Made by a program: the position numbers and the translations under genes. The notes beneath the pieces were generated by a model. The model saw nothing but the letters and a program-made list of their open reading frames with translations, did no database searches and had not been told where the DNA came from. This document shows, piece after piece, positions 8,809 to 18,476 of a DNA stretch of 64,000 nt (positions are counted from its first letter, which is position 1; every line of letters starts with the position of its first letter). Source of the DNA: Candidatus Kaiserbacteria bacterium (GTDB lineage: Bacteria; Patescibacteriota; Minisyncoccia; Phycocordibacterales; UBA2100); NCBI GenBank assembly GCA_963767115.1, contig CAVYCR010000001.1:2430-66429 (forward strand), read 5' to 3'.

Positions 8809-9579
8809 ATGCGTCCGAGACCGTATATCGGCATCACCGGCGTCACCACAAGAGAACAGTCCGAAGCGATTGTCGAGAGAATCCCGGAAAATCCCTCGCA
8901 TTGCGTCATGATCGGCCTCTTGATGAGCGGCAAGACGATTCGCGGCGAGGCCAACAGATGGCCACATCGCTATCCGACGCGGGACATGGCGGCTACCGTT
9001 TTCGTGCGACACCCGCATATACTCAACCTAGTTCACTTCAATACCAAGGAGGTGCCGGAAAAGCTACATCACGACATGCTTACAGCGCAGGCGCTCGCTG
9101 GACCGCACTGCGACGGCTTCCAGCTCAACATCGCTTGGCCTGACATGAACGCGCTCGCCGACTATCGAGCAACTCTTCGTTTCGAGAACAGATACGTGGT
9201 GTTGCAGTGCGGCGAACAAGCGCTCGCTTCGGTCGGGCATTCGGGCAGAGGGCTCGCCCGACGAGTGCGCGAATATGTGCGCTTCGGACTTATCGATTAT
9301 GTACTCGTTGATCCGAGCGTTGGGGTCGGTAAAGAGTTCGACATAAACCTCGCCCTGGATTGCTTCCATCACATTTCGGAAATCGAGACGATTGGGATGG
9401 GTATTGCCGGCGGATTATCTGCCGCGACACTCTCTCGGCTCGATTCTATCCGCAAGCACCACGGCAATTTCAGCATCGATGCTGAAGGTCGTCTGCGAAC
9501 GCCGGAAGATGAATTGGACCTCGCCGCAGTCCGAGAATATCTCGATGCGTTCTTTGTATCTCAACGTCTGACTGCATAG
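8809..9579 (+). CDS. hypothetical TIM-barrel-type protein, phosphoribosylanthranilate isomerase (TrpF)-like
   Basis: 256 aa. IGITGVT at the N-terminus, VLVDPSVGVGKEFD and GIAGGL resemble PRAI-family motifs, but the match is weak. Confidence 0.55.
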   Translation: MRPRPYIGITGVTTREQSEAIVERIPENPSHCVMIGLLMSGKTIRGEANRWPHRYPTRDMAATVFVRHPHILNLVHFNTKEVPEKLHHDMLTAQALAGPHCDGFQLNIAWPDMNALADYRATLRFENRYVVLQCGEQALASVGHSGRGLARRVREYVRFGLIDYVLVDPSVGVGKEFDINLALDCFHHISEIETIGMGIAGGLSAATLSRLDSIRKHHGNFSIDAEGRLRTPEDELDLAAVREYLDAFFVSQRLTA

Positions 9580-9595
9580 GTCGACGCATCAACTC

Positions 9596-9624
9596 AAAAC
9601 GGAGCCGCGAGGCTCCGTTTTTTC
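9596..9624. terminator. bidirectional terminator
   Basis: AAAACGGAGCC-gcga-GGCTCCGTTTTTT lies between the convergent 8809 gene and rplK. Confidence 0.65.
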
Positions 9625-9640
9625 TTTCTATTGTTTTTAT

Positions 9641-10063
9641 TTAGACCTCCGCATCGATCCCCATGGAGCGAGCGGTGCCGGCGATGATCTTCATCGCGTG
9701 GCTGAGGTCGTAGGCGTTGAGGTCTTCCATCTTTTCCTTGGCCACCTCCTCCACCTGCGCCTTGGTCATCTTGGCGACTTTGTTCTGCGCCTTGTCTGAA
9801 CCCTTCTCTTTGCCCACCGCCTTCAGGACGAGGCGCGAGGCCGGCGGCTTCTTGACGATGAAGTCGAAGGAACGGTCGCTGTAGACCTTCATCACGACCG
9901 GCAGGATCGAGCCCATAAGCGGACGCGTCTGGTCGTTGAACTGCTTGACGAATTCGCCAATGTTGACACCAGCCGGACCGAGCGCGGTGCCGACCGGCGG
10001 CGCAGGCGTAGCGGCTCCTGCCTGGATCTGGAGCTTGATGATCTTGGTGACTTGCTTTGCCAT
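9641..10063 (-). CDS. rplK: 50S ribosomal protein L11
   Basis: 140 aa. [35 protein letters not shown] is the canonical L11 sequence. Confidence 0.97.
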   Translation of the reverse strand: MAKQVTKIIKLQIQAGAATPAPPVGTALGPAGVNIGEFVKQFNDQTRPLMGSILPVVMKVYSDRSFDFIVKKPPASRLVLKAVGKEKGSDKAQNKVAKMTKAQVEEVAKEKMEDLNAYDLSHAMKIIAGTARSMGIDAEV

Positions 10064-10184
10064 ATGTAGGGAGGACTATACCCTTTTATTATGAGTATTT
10101 CAAGCCCTCTGTTGGAGGGACGTCGCCTTGCATTCTTACACACAAAGATTGTATAGTCGGCAGCAGACAGAGAGGAGACATATC

Positions 10185-10727
10185 ATGAGTGAACGAGGCC
10201 GTTGGTATAACGATACGCCCATCACCGATATTCACGAGGCACTCGGTATCTTGAATGTTCAGTCGCCGCTTCTCAATGAAGTTGTCCGCCTCGCACGGCG
10301 TTGGGCAGACGGCATAGTGACATGGGAGATCGTAGTCCCTTGGTATACGCACGGCGACAGCGGCGGAGAGAGGGCTGGAGAAAACTATTTTCAGATCGAC
10401 ACGGCTCTCGCACAGCGGCTTGTCGACGAAAAGATGGTTACTCCCTACATCGAGGCGCGTTGGGGCTATTCGGAAACGCATCGAGACCGACTGGTAATTA
10501 CCAAGCACGGCAAAGATGCTTTGAAGATCTTCGAGGAACATGCACTTGCAACAGCCGTCGCCCTACTCACTCCGGGCATCCATACTGATCTTGTTGGTGA
10601 ACCTGTCATAGCACATATACGACGCGAGGAGTGGCGGACCGGCCACTACTATATCGAATTCCGAATGCCCGACGAAAGGAGATGTCGAGTATATCCAGAC
10701 ATCGGGATGCTGATTGTCCAGTCCTGA
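10185..10727 (+). CDS. hypothetical protein
   Basis: The start at MSERGRWYND is preceded by AGAGGAGA. No family was recognised. The gene is inserted between rplK and nusG. Confidence 0.5.
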   Translation: MSERGRWYNDTPITDIHEALGILNVQSPLLNEVVRLARRWADGIVTWEIVVPWYTHGDSGGERAGENYFQIDTALAQRLVDEKMVTPYIEARWGYSETHRDRLVITKHGKDALKIFEEHALATAVALLTPGIHTDLVGEPVIAHIRREEWRTGHYYIEFRMPDERRCRVYPDIGMLIVQS

Positions 10728-10829
10728 AGGATTTTATTGGCGCGGCTACGGCCGCGCTTTTTCTTTTCATAGAGAACGCACCATGCCGTGTGCTACTATG
10801 GCGGCATTATCCAATTCACACGAAACATT

Positions 10830-11234
10830 ATGGCAAATCCGGTGATTCATTTCGAGATACAGGCAGACGACGCGGCGCGTGCGCAGAAGTTTTATGAGAC
10901 GGTCTTCGGCTGGGACGTGAGTCAGATGATGACGAAGGATGCGAATCAGCCCGGCAGCATGAACTATTGGGGCCTCAAGACGCGGCCCGACGGCGAAGTC
11001 GGCATCAACGGCGGCATGTACGAGCGTGCGGGGGCGAGCATGCCACTCAACACCTATGACTGCACCATACAGGTCGTCGACATCGACAAAGCGATCGCTG
11101 ACATCAAGGCGCAGGGCGGCGAGATCGTCATGGAGAAGGGCGAGATCCCGGGCGTCGGATGGTTTGCCCGCGGCAAGGACACCGAGGGCAATGTCTTCGG
11201 GCTCATGCAGCCGACCGCTTGGGAGGCGAAATAA
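10830..11234 (+). CDS. VOC/glyoxalase-bleomycin-resistance family protein
   Basis: MANPVIHFEIQADDAARAQKFYETVFGW...GGEIVMEKGEIPGVGWFARGKDTEGNVFGLMQ is a typical small VOC protein. Confidence 0.8.
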   Translation: MANPVIHFEIQADDAARAQKFYETVFGWDVSQMMTKDANQPGSMNYWGLKTRPDGEVGINGGMYERAGASMPLNTYDCTIQVVDIDKAIADIKAQGGEIVMEKGEIPGVGWFARGKDTEGNVFGLMQPTAWEAK

Positions 11235-11415
11235 CTACATTGAGAGAAACAGTTTCTCTCAAAAACGAGGTCGAACCTTGCTGTGTTTAAACCTTGCTGT
11301 GTTTATGAATTGCAGAGGTCAGACCTCTGCAACAGACCTCTGCAACAAAAAAGAAAAAGCGGGCTCTACGGTAGTCCGCTTTTTCTTTTTACAGAATATT
11401 TTTTGTTATACGATT

Positions 11416-11962
11416 TTAGACGCGCTGTACCTGGTCGGCTTCGAGCTCGACAGGAGTCTCGCGGCCGAACATCGGCACGAGGACTTTAACCTTTCCGCGC
11501 TCTTCGTCGATCTCTCCGACTTTGCCTTCGAGGTCCTTGAAGGGCCCGTCGATGATGATGACCGCGTCGTCGAGTGCCAGGTCGATCGCGTGACGGACGA
11601 TGTCACCCGCCGCGCGCTTCAGGATCTTGTCGACTTCGTCTTGCTCCAAGCGGGACTGCTTGGTTGGCCGTGCCGACGAAGCCGGTCACCTGCGGCGTGT
11701 TGCGCACGACCGACCACGCCTCGTCTGTCGCGATCATGTCGACGAGCACGTAGCCCGGGAAGATCTTCTCTTTGGTTTCGGTCTTGCGGCCGTTCTTGAT
11801 CTTGATCTTCTTCTCGATAGGAACGACGACCTTGAAGATCTGCTCGCCCATGCCGAAAGCTTCGATGCGCTGCTTCAGGTTGCGCGCGACCGCGTCTTCG
11901 TAGCCGGAGTAGGTGTGCACCGCATACCATTTGCGCTCAGATCCGTGTGTTTGTTTTGCCAT
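11416..11962 (-). CDS. nusG: transcription antitermination factor NusG, interrupted by an apparent +1-nt frameshift near 11644-11650
   Basis: The NGN domain (WYAVHTYSGYE...VTGFVGTANQAVPL) is in one frame. The KOW domain (EQDEVDKILKR...IIIDGPFKDLEGKVGEID...VLVPMFGRETPVEL) is in the next. Removing one g from CTTgGAG joins them. Confidence 0.85.
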
Positions 11963-11973
11963 ACTGTAGAAAA

Positions 11974-12264
11974 TTATTTGGTAGTGATAGGGATCGTCGT
12001 GGTGCCGATCGTGACATTGGCGCCCGTGACGAGCGGGGTCGTCGACGCGGTCGTTGCAGCGGGAGTGGTCGCGGCCGGCGTGTTCTCAACGACGTTGGTG
12101 AGCGCTGTTGTGAAAAGGAAATCGAAGAGGCCGAGATACGCGGCGATGCCGAGGGAGATGCCGGCGACCAGGAGCGTGTAGACGATCGTCTGCGTGCGGG
12201 AAGGCCATGCGACGTGGCGCAACTCGGCGCGCGTATCTTTCAAGTATTGTCCGATGGCTGACAT
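11974..12264 (-). CDS. secE: preprotein translocase subunit SecE with a Thr/Ala-rich C-terminal extension
   Basis: YLKDTRAELRHVAWPSRTQTIVYTLLV plus one TM helix is canonical SecE. It lies immediately upstream of nusG. The start is taken at 12264. Confidence 0.8.
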   Translation of the reverse strand: MSAIGQYLKDTRAELRHVAWPSRTQTIVYTLLVAGISLGIAAYLGLFDFLFTTALTNVVENTPAATTPAATTASTTPLVTGANVTIGTTTIPITTK

Positions 12265-12373
12265 AGAGGTTTTTATAAGATTACTATTTTTAGGCAATTT
12301 TAAAACCCCTCTCGGGGCTTCTTCATATAGTATCTGAAATGGACGATGTGTCAAGTATTTGCTGGCACATAGC

Positions 12374-12670
12374 TCAGCCGCGCACAGCCTTCAATAATCG
12401 CAACAAGACCTTTGCAGTCGGGCTACTCGCAAGCGCATACACAACGACGCGGCCGTCGCGCTTGGAAGAAACGACGTCCTCATCGTATAGGCTCGAAAGC
12501 AAATGACTCATCGCCGATTGGCTCATATCGATCTCTTTGGCGAGGTCATTGACGGGCATTCCGCGCTTGGTGCGAGAGAGCACCATGATCGCGCTGCAGC
12601 GATTCTTGTCGGCAAGAATCTTAAAGAGTGCGGAAATTTGTTCCGCTTTTGAGCGCGCAGATTTGGCCAT
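12374..12670 (-). CDS. ArsR/SmtB-family transcriptional regulator
   Basis: 98 aa. FKILADKNRCSAIMVL...PVNDLAKEIDMSQSAMSHLLSSL is a winged HTH. Confidence 0.85.
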   Translation of the reverse strand: MAKSARSKAEQISALFKILADKNRCSAIMVLSRTKRGMPVNDLAKEIDMSQSAMSHLLSSLYDEDVVSSKRDGRVVVYALASSPTAKVLLRLLKAVRG

Positions 12671-12675
12671 AGCTA

Positions 12676-13494
12676 CTAGCGGATCTGGTACGTCACGCTT
12701 ACGTCGGAGGTGATGGTGTTTTGTCCTGCAGGAATGGTTGGTGTCGGCACTGCTTCAGCGGCAGGTGCCGCAGCATTACTCGCCATCGCATACATAGGGG
12801 TCACCGGCGTGACCTGGTTGTCGTTGTAGCCGACTACGCTCACGATCGAGACTCCGAGCGCCTTGGCGAGATCTTGCGCATTACTCTGTGCATCGGTGAT
12901 CGCCATGTCGCGTGCCTGATTCTCGAGATCCTGCTGGTTGGAAACGCTGAAGGTAAGGCCGCTCACGTCGGAGACACTGCGCTGCCCGACACCTGCAAGC
13001 AAGGTACCGGCCTTAGTGATGTCGGTCACTTTGACAGTGTCGGTCTGCGAGACCTCGTAGCCGCTGATCGTCTGCTTCTGCGGCGGGCAGTAGCCGTACG
13101 CAGGGCACGCTTGGTCGCTGTATTGGTACTGCGGGTTGATGGAATAATCGGTGGTCTGGATGTCGCTCTCATCAATGCCTGCACTCTCGAGATAACTGAT
13201 GATCGTATTGGCTTGCGTCGTCGACTTGGACTGCGCTGTCGCGACATCTGCCGCGGTGTTGTCGACCGTGAAGGTGAAGGTTGCGGTGTCGGGCTTGGCG
13301 GTCACCTTACCCTCGCCGTTCACCACAATCGTGTCGGTCGGCTGGATGCCCGCGCCGATGTATTTGAGATTCATAATTTCCCCAAGCGTCGCTACCAGAA
13401 GAAAGAGTGCGAGAAACGTAAGTGCAAACGCCGCAGCGATACGCGGATAGTACGTCGCTGTGATAACTTTCTGGATCCCCTGTTCGTCCATCAT
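12676..13494 (-). CDS. SIMPL/DUF541-domain protein (membrane-anchored)
   Basis: One N-terminal TM helix followed by a SIMPL-like pattern (VNGEGKVTAKPDTATFTFTV...AITDAQSNAQDLAKALGV). The start is taken at MMDEQG (13494). Confidence 0.8.
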   Translation of the reverse strand: MMDEQGIQKVITATYYPRIAAAFALTFLALFLLVATLGEIMNLKYIGAGIQPTDTIVVNGEGKVTAKPDTATFTFTVDNTAADVATAQSKSTTQANTIISYLESAGIDESDIQTTDYSINPQYQYSDQACPAYGYCPPQKQTISGYEVSQTDTVKVTDITKAGTLLAGVGQRSVSDVSGLTFSVSNQQDLENQARDMAITDAQSNAQDLAKALGVSIVSVVGYNDNQVTPVTPMYAMASNAAAPAAEAVPTPTIPAGQNTITSDVSVTYQIR

Positions 13495-13540
13495 ATTATA
13501 GAGAGAAATGATTGCTAACCCTAGAAGTATATCACGCCCT

Positions 13541-14197
13541 TTATGAGTCTGCTTCCAGAAAGAGCTTGTATGGGCTCGGGAAGAAATAGATCGCGAGATG
13601 GTAGGTGCTGTACGTGATGAAAAAAGCGGCGAAGACGTCGATCGAATAATGCAGGTGCCCGAGCAATACGACGACTCCGAAGAAGACCGACCATGCGAGA
13701 AATATATATCGCAAGATGTTCTCGCGCCAGAAGACGAGCGCGAGCATGAAGGGCGTCGCGGTGTGCCCAGAGAAGAAGAGGTCGCCGCCGCTGAAGAACA
13801 TGCGCGTGATGAGCGTGCCAAAGTCCGAAGTGGTTTCTTCCGGGAAGGGCGCGATATGCGTGAGCGATACGAAACACGAGCGTATGATCCACAAGAGGGC
13901 GAGCGCGCAAAGTGCAAAAGGCAGGCGCTTGGGGCGCGTGAGGACCAAGAGCACGGCAAAGACGATGAGCAGGATCGTGCCGTAGACGAAGAGCCCGTCG
14001 ACGTCAAAGACCGGGATGTTGGAGAGGATGATGTCGGTGACGGGGTTACTCACGGAGCTCGTCGCATAGGCGATCGCCTCGAAGGAAATGAAAATAGCGC
14101 CGGCAAAGAAAGCGATCGAGGCCAAGATCATGAGTGCGCTCTCGCGCCGCGAGAGCGCGTGGCGCCAGCGAAGAGCAAGTACTCTGAGGTATGCCAT
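13541..14197 (-). CDS. PAP2_C/sphingomyelin-synthase-like membrane phosphatase family protein
   Basis: A multi-TM protein with FFSGHTATPF and GHLHYSIDV motifs. The long N-terminal extension of the ORF is GC-driven read-through, so the start is taken at 14197. Confidence 0.7.
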   Translation of the reverse strand: MAYLRVLALRWRHALSRRESALMILASIAFFAGAIFISFEAIAYATSSVSNPVTDIILSNIPVFDVDGLFVYGTILLIVFAVLLVLTRPKRLPFALCALALLWIIRSCFVSLTHIAPFPEETTSDFGTLITRMFFSGGDLFFSGHTATPFMLALVFWRENILRYIFLAWSVFFGVVVLLGHLHYSIDVFAAFFITYSTYHLAIYFFPSPYKLFLEADS

Positions 14198-14245
14198 ATC
14201 GCGCAAGTATACCGTCACACTGCGCTCCACGGTATACTTGGCTCT

Positions 14246-14872
14246 ATGACCTTCGCCTACGCAGTCCAGCTGATCCTCGAGTACCGCTACTGGATCATCG
14301 TGCCACTCTCCTTCATCGAAGGCCCTATAGTCGCCTTCATCGTCGGAGCACTCGCGCTTCTCGGCTACTTCAACCCGTACGGCATGTTCGCCTTCCTCTT
14401 GGCGCGCGACGTGGCGGTCGATAGTATCATGTACTTCATCGGCCGCTACGGCGGACAGTCGCGCTTCGCGCAGAGCCTCCTCAAGAAGATCCATTTCACC
14501 GACAACTACCTCGCCGACGTGCGCCGACTCTGGGACGAGCATCCTTTGCGTACGATGTTCTTCAGCAAGCTCTCCTACGGACTCTCGGCGACCTTCCTCG
14601 TGGTCGCCGGCATCGTCGGCATGCCATTCAGCGTCTTCTTCCGTTACGGATTCCTCGTCGCGGTATTGCAATACGGCCTGCTCTTCATCCTGGGCTACTT
14701 CGTCGGCCGATCCTTCACTTCTTTTGGCAACACCCTCAACGACGTACTCTTCGCGCTTGGCATCATTTCCCTCTTCATCATCGCCTACTATGTCTTCACG
14801 CACTTCATGCGCGGCAAGCTGATCGCAGCAGAGAAGTCGATGGAGAACAGTACCGATACGACAGATCTGTAA
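14246..14872 (+). CDS. DedA/SNARE-associated family membrane protein
   Basis: VPLSFIEGPIVAFIVGALA...FIGRYGG and the multi-TM layout fit the family. The start is taken at MTFAYAV (14246). Confidence 0.75.
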   Translation: MTFAYAVQLILEYRYWIIVPLSFIEGPIVAFIVGALALLGYFNPYGMFAFLLARDVAVDSIMYFIGRYGGQSRFAQSLLKKIHFTDNYLADVRRLWDEHPLRTMFFSKLSYGLSATFLVVAGIVGMPFSVFFRYGFLVAVLQYGLLFILGYFVGRSFTSFGNTLNDVLFALGIISLFIIAYYVFTHFMRGKLIAAEKSMENSTDTTDL

Positions 14873-14875
14873 TGT

Positions 14876-16012
14876 ATGCGCATCGCGATTTGCACCGACC
14901 AATACCTGCCGCTTCTCTCGGGCGTCGCCGACTCGATCGAGACCCTCAAGACGGAGTTGAAAAAGAACGGCCACGAGGTGCGCGTATACGCGCCCGCGAT
15001 GCCCGGCTCCGTGCCCGATGAAGACGTCTACCGGATCTCACAGATCGGGATCCCTGGTGCCTCGGAAGCGGGCATGGGTGTGGCAGTGCCGTACGGCATG
15101 CTCGCGAGCATGCGCGCCTTCAAGCCCGACGTGATCCATACGCACATGACGGGGATCGTGGGCTTAAGCGCAGTGCACGCCGCACGGCGCCTCAAGGTGC
15201 CACTCGTCGGCACGAGCCACACGCTTCCGGCCTTCTATCTGCATTACCTCGAGTTTGATAATGCGCTCGGCCGCTACCTGATCAGGAAATACAATGCGTG
15301 GTACTACCATTTCTGCCGCATCGTCTCGGCGCCGAGCATGATGATGATCGACGAGCTCAAGGCGTACGGCTTCAGAGGTGAATCGCGCGTCATATCGAAC
15401 CAGATCCGCACCGACCTCTTCAGACCGCTCGGCAACAAAAAAGAACAGAAGGACGCGCACAGCATCATGCCGAAGGCGGTGCTCCTCTTTGGTCGGATTG
15501 CCAAGGAAAAGAATATCGAGGGTGCGCTCGATGTCTTCCAAGAGATTCTCAAGCACGCTCCCGACGTACAGCTCGTCGTCGTCGGCGACGGACCGTACCG
15601 CAAGGAATTCGAAGGGAGCGTCAAGCGCCGCACACTCACTGACTATGTGAAGGACTTCGGCGTGCAACGCGGTGAGGAGCTCGTGCAGATCGTGAACGCG
15701 TGCGACGTGCTCCTCATGACGAGCGAGTCGGAGACGCAGTCGATGACGGTCCTGCAGACGATGGCCTGCGGCATACCAGTCGTCGCCGTGCGCGCGGGAG
15801 CACTTCCCGAATACGTGAGAAACGGCGACAATGGCTACATCTGCGAGCCGAAAGACATCAAAGGATTTGCCGAGAAAATCATCGACATCCTAAAGAGCCC
15901 CGAGCTCGCTGAGCGCCTCGGTATAGAAGGCCACAAGACGGCGCTGCGGTATTCGCCCGGCGAGATCGTGAGGCAGTTTGAGCAGATGTATATGGACGCA
16001 CTACGGAAATAA
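14876..16012 (+). CDS. glycosyltransferase family 4 (GT-B, group 1)
   Basis: 378 aa. MRIAICTDQYLPLLSGVA at the N-terminus and the C-terminal E-x7-E region (SESETQSMTVLQTMACGIPVV). Confidence 0.9.
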   Translation: MRIAICTDQYLPLLSGVADSIETLKTELKKNGHEVRVYAPAMPGSVPDEDVYRISQIGIPGASEAGMGVAVPYGMLASMRAFKPDVIHTHMTGIVGLSAVHAARRLKVPLVGTSHTLPAFYLHYLEFDNALGRYLIRKYNAWYYHFCRIVSAPSMMMIDELKAYGFRGESRVISNQIRTDLFRPLGNKKEQKDAHSIMPKAVLLFGRIAKEKNIEGALDVFQEILKHAPDVQLVVVGDGPYRKEFEGSVKRRTLTDYVKDFGVQRGEELVQIVNACDVLLMTSESETQSMTVLQTMACGIPVVAVRAGALPEYVRNGDNGYICEPKDIKGFAEKIIDILKSPELAERLGIEGHKTALRYSPGEIVRQFEQMYMDALRK

Positions 16013-16099
16013 GCAGCTAATAAGCCACAGAAATAATTATTGACTATAATCATAAAAGTGATATAATTGCAGTAGTAATCCAAACACTCGGAGGGTACG

Positions 16100-16705
16100 A
16101 TGTTTATCTTTGTCGTCTTTTTCGCGCTCTGGCTTATCGGTTTTGTATTCGCCTATCGGGACAACTTCCTGACAGTCGAACAAATGCAGGGTCACGGGGT
16201 AGGATTCGAGAAAGGAATCCCGCTCGTCGGTCACATGGGATGCTTGGTACTCGATCTGCTCCCTTTCCCGCTCTTGATGACTTACTGGACAAGTACGGTC
16301 AGTAACAGTTGGGAATTCTTGGACATCATCTTGATGTGCTTACTCGGCCTGATTGTGAGTGCATTTCTGCATGTGAGCTATATCAAGGGCGGAAGGATCT
16401 TCCCAGAGTTCGTAACGTACGGCGGCGACCTCACCGCAGCAGGGTGGACGCATGTCGTATATATGGGGGTGGGCTTTGGGATGATCGGACTCATCTACTT
16501 CTGTACGAAACATCCGAATCCGTACATGCTCTGGCTCACGACGGTCTATCTGATCAGCCATGTGATCGTCGGTGTGCACGTGATCCATAAGATCTGGGCG
16601 CCCGAGTGGTTTCCCTACGATACAATATGGGACGCCGGCACACTTAGACCAATCTTGGGCACAACCGTGATCCTTCTGGGTTTGACCTGGTGGGCACTTC
16701 ACTAA
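16100..16705 (+). CDS. integral membrane protein, unknown function
   Basis: 201 aa with about 6 predicted TM helices. No motif was recognised. Confidence 0.6.
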   Translation: MFIFVVFFALWLIGFVFAYRDNFLTVEQMQGHGVGFEKGIPLVGHMGCLVLDLLPFPLLMTYWTSTVSNSWEFLDIILMCLLGLIVSAFLHVSYIKGGRIFPEFVTYGGDLTAAGWTHVVYMGVGFGMIGLIYFCTKHPNPYMLWLTTVYLISHVIVGVHVIHKIWAPEWFPYDTIWDAGTLRPILGTTVILLGLTWWALH

Positions 16706-16786
16706 ATTCGCACATTCATCATATCGAGACGCCGAGCACCTGCCCGGCGTTTCTTCTTTTTTATAAGCATGTACACTGTTCGGAAT

Positions 16787-17521
16787 ATGAAGATCAGTTT
16801 CGTGATCCCCGCCTACAACGAAGAGGCGCTGGTGGGCAAGTGTTTGGAATCCGTCGAGCACGAGATCGCGCATGCGCCTTGCGAGACGGAGATCATCGTG
16901 GTCGACAACGCATCGAGCGATCGCACCGGAGACATTGCGCGGAGCTTCAACCATGTGCGCGTGGTCGAGGAGAAGCGCAAGGGCCTCACCTTCGCGCGGC
17001 AGGCGGGCTTTGCCGCTTCGACCGGGGACATCATAGCGAACATCGATTCCGATACGATGCTCCCGGCAGGATGGCTCTCGAGAGTCGTGCACGATTTTAG
17101 CCGCGACCCGCAGCTCATGGCGCTCAGCGGCCCGCACATCTATTACGACATGAATGTCTTCGAACGTGCCTTGGTGAAGATCTTCTACGGCGGCGGTTAT
17201 GCGCTCCATATCATCAACAGCATCTTGGGCCGCGGCGCAATGCTCCAAGGCGGCAACTTCGTGCTGCGCAGAAAGGCTCTCGAGTCGATCGGCGGCTTCG
17301 ACACTTCGATCGAGTTTTTCGGCGAGGACACCGACATCGCGCGACGCGTCGCGAAGGTTGGCCGTGTGAAATGGACCTTCGCGCTCCCGATCTACGCTTC
17401 CGGCAGGCGCCTCAAGAAAGAAGGCATCGTGCGCTCCGCGCTTATCTACACGATCAATCACCTCTCGATCCTCTATTGGCACAAGCCCTATACCCCCACG
17501 CACCGCGACATCCGCACCTAA
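16787..17521 (+). CDS. glycosyltransferase family 2
   Basis: MKISFVIPAYNEE...IIVVDNASSDRT...NIDSDT is GT-A with a DxD motif. Confidence 0.85.
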   Translation: MKISFVIPAYNEEALVGKCLESVEHEIAHAPCETEIIVVDNASSDRTGDIARSFNHVRVVEEKRKGLTFARQAGFAASTGDIIANIDSDTMLPAGWLSRVVHDFSRDPQLMALSGPHIYYDMNVFERALVKIFYGGGYALHIINSILGRGAMLQGGNFVLRRKALESIGGFDTSIEFFGEDTDIARRVAKVGRVKWTFALPIYASGRRLKKEGIVRSALIYTINHLSILYWHKPYTPTHRDIRT

Positions 17522-17539
17522 CCATGCGATAGTAGTGGC

Positions 17540-18010
17540 ATGGTAGACAACCACGACCTCACGATTACCAAGACCTTTGACGTGGAGCGCACCGTAGTGT
17601 GGCAGGCATGGACCAACCCTGAATCGGTCGCACATTGGTGGGGTCCGCGCGGCGTCACCTGCCCCACCTGTGTGTGGCATGCCGAGCCGGGCGGCATGAT
17701 TCATATCGTCATGCGTGCAGGCGAAGCGCTTGGGTCGCTCGCCGGACAGGAATGGCCAATGAACGGTGTGATGCATGAGGCCACGGCACCAGAGCGGCTC
17801 TCCTTCAGCGCGAGCGCGATCATGAGCGGCAAGCCGGTCTTGGAGACTCGCTGCACGGTGACGCTCGAGGAGAGCGAGGAGGGCAAGACGAAGATGACCG
17901 TGCAGGTGAAGGTGACCATGCAGACGCCAGAAGCCGCTGGCCCCCTACAGGGCATGGCGCAGGGCTGGAGTGAGCAGATCGAAAAGCTCGGAGAATTCCT
18001 CGCACGGTAG
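17540..18010 (+). CDS. SRPBCC/AHSA1-domain protein
   Basis: LTITKTFDVERTVVWQAWTNPESVAHWWGPRG is typical of Aha1-like START-fold proteins. Confidence 0.8.
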   Translation: MVDNHDLTITKTFDVERTVVWQAWTNPESVAHWWGPRGVTCPTCVWHAEPGGMIHIVMRAGEALGSLAGQEWPMNGVMHEATAPERLSFSASAIMSGKPVLETRCTVTLEESEEGKTKMTVQVKVTMQTPEAAGPLQGMAQGWSEQIEKLGEFLAR

Positions 18011-18055
18011 ATAATTGTAATTGTTATCAACGTTAAAAAAATAATCGAAACACCT

Positions 18056-18403
18056 ATGAACAAATACATCGCAATCTTCCGCATCCCGACCGCGACCATC
18101 GATGAGTGGCGCGCTTCGACCGACCAAGCCAAGATGCAAGAGACCAACCAGAAAATGATGGACGACATGAACGCGTGGATGAAGGTACATGAGGCGAGTT
18201 TCGTCGATCGCGGCATGCCGCTCGGCAAGACCAAGACAATAACGGCGCAAGGTGTGAGCGATTCGAGGAACGATCTCGTGTATATACTCATCGTGCAGGC
18301 AGCCTCGCACGACGATGCAGTCGCGATCTTCAAGGATTGCCCCCATAATCAAATTCCGACTTCATCGATCGACGTGATAGAAGTACCGCACATGGGAGTG
18401 TAA
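18056..18403 (+). CDS. hypothetical protein
   Basis: 115-aa ORF followed by a clean terminator. No family was recognised. Confidence 0.55.
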   Translation: MNKYIAIFRIPTATIDEWRASTDQAKMQETNQKMMDDMNAWMKVHEASFVDRGMPLGKTKTITAQGVSDSRNDLVYILIVQAASHDDAVAIFKDCPHNQIPTSSIDVIEVPHMGV

Positions 18404-18416
18404 AACCTCCCGCAAA

Positions 18417-18443
18417 ACACCCGCCGAGAAGGCGGGTGTTTTG
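18417..18443 (+). terminator. intrinsic terminator
   Basis: ACACCCGCC-gagaa-GGCGGGTGT followed by TTTTG. Confidence 0.65.
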
Positions 18444-18476
18444 TAAGTGATGAAATACCCCCTCATCACGATTTTG

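Noticed and set aside
13598-14245. Long N-terminal extensions and antisense ORFs in GC-rich genes. Examples: 13598-14872 first half, 12676-14007 first half, 13541-14974 first half, 16340-17776, 35718-36656, 42412-43116, 54294-55280, 55885-56853 and 11026-11799.
   Set aside because: Their translations are Arg/Ala/Pro/Glu-rich with no motifs, and they lie opposite or upstream of genes with clear family signatures. This is typical stop-codon-poor read-through in high-GC DNA.
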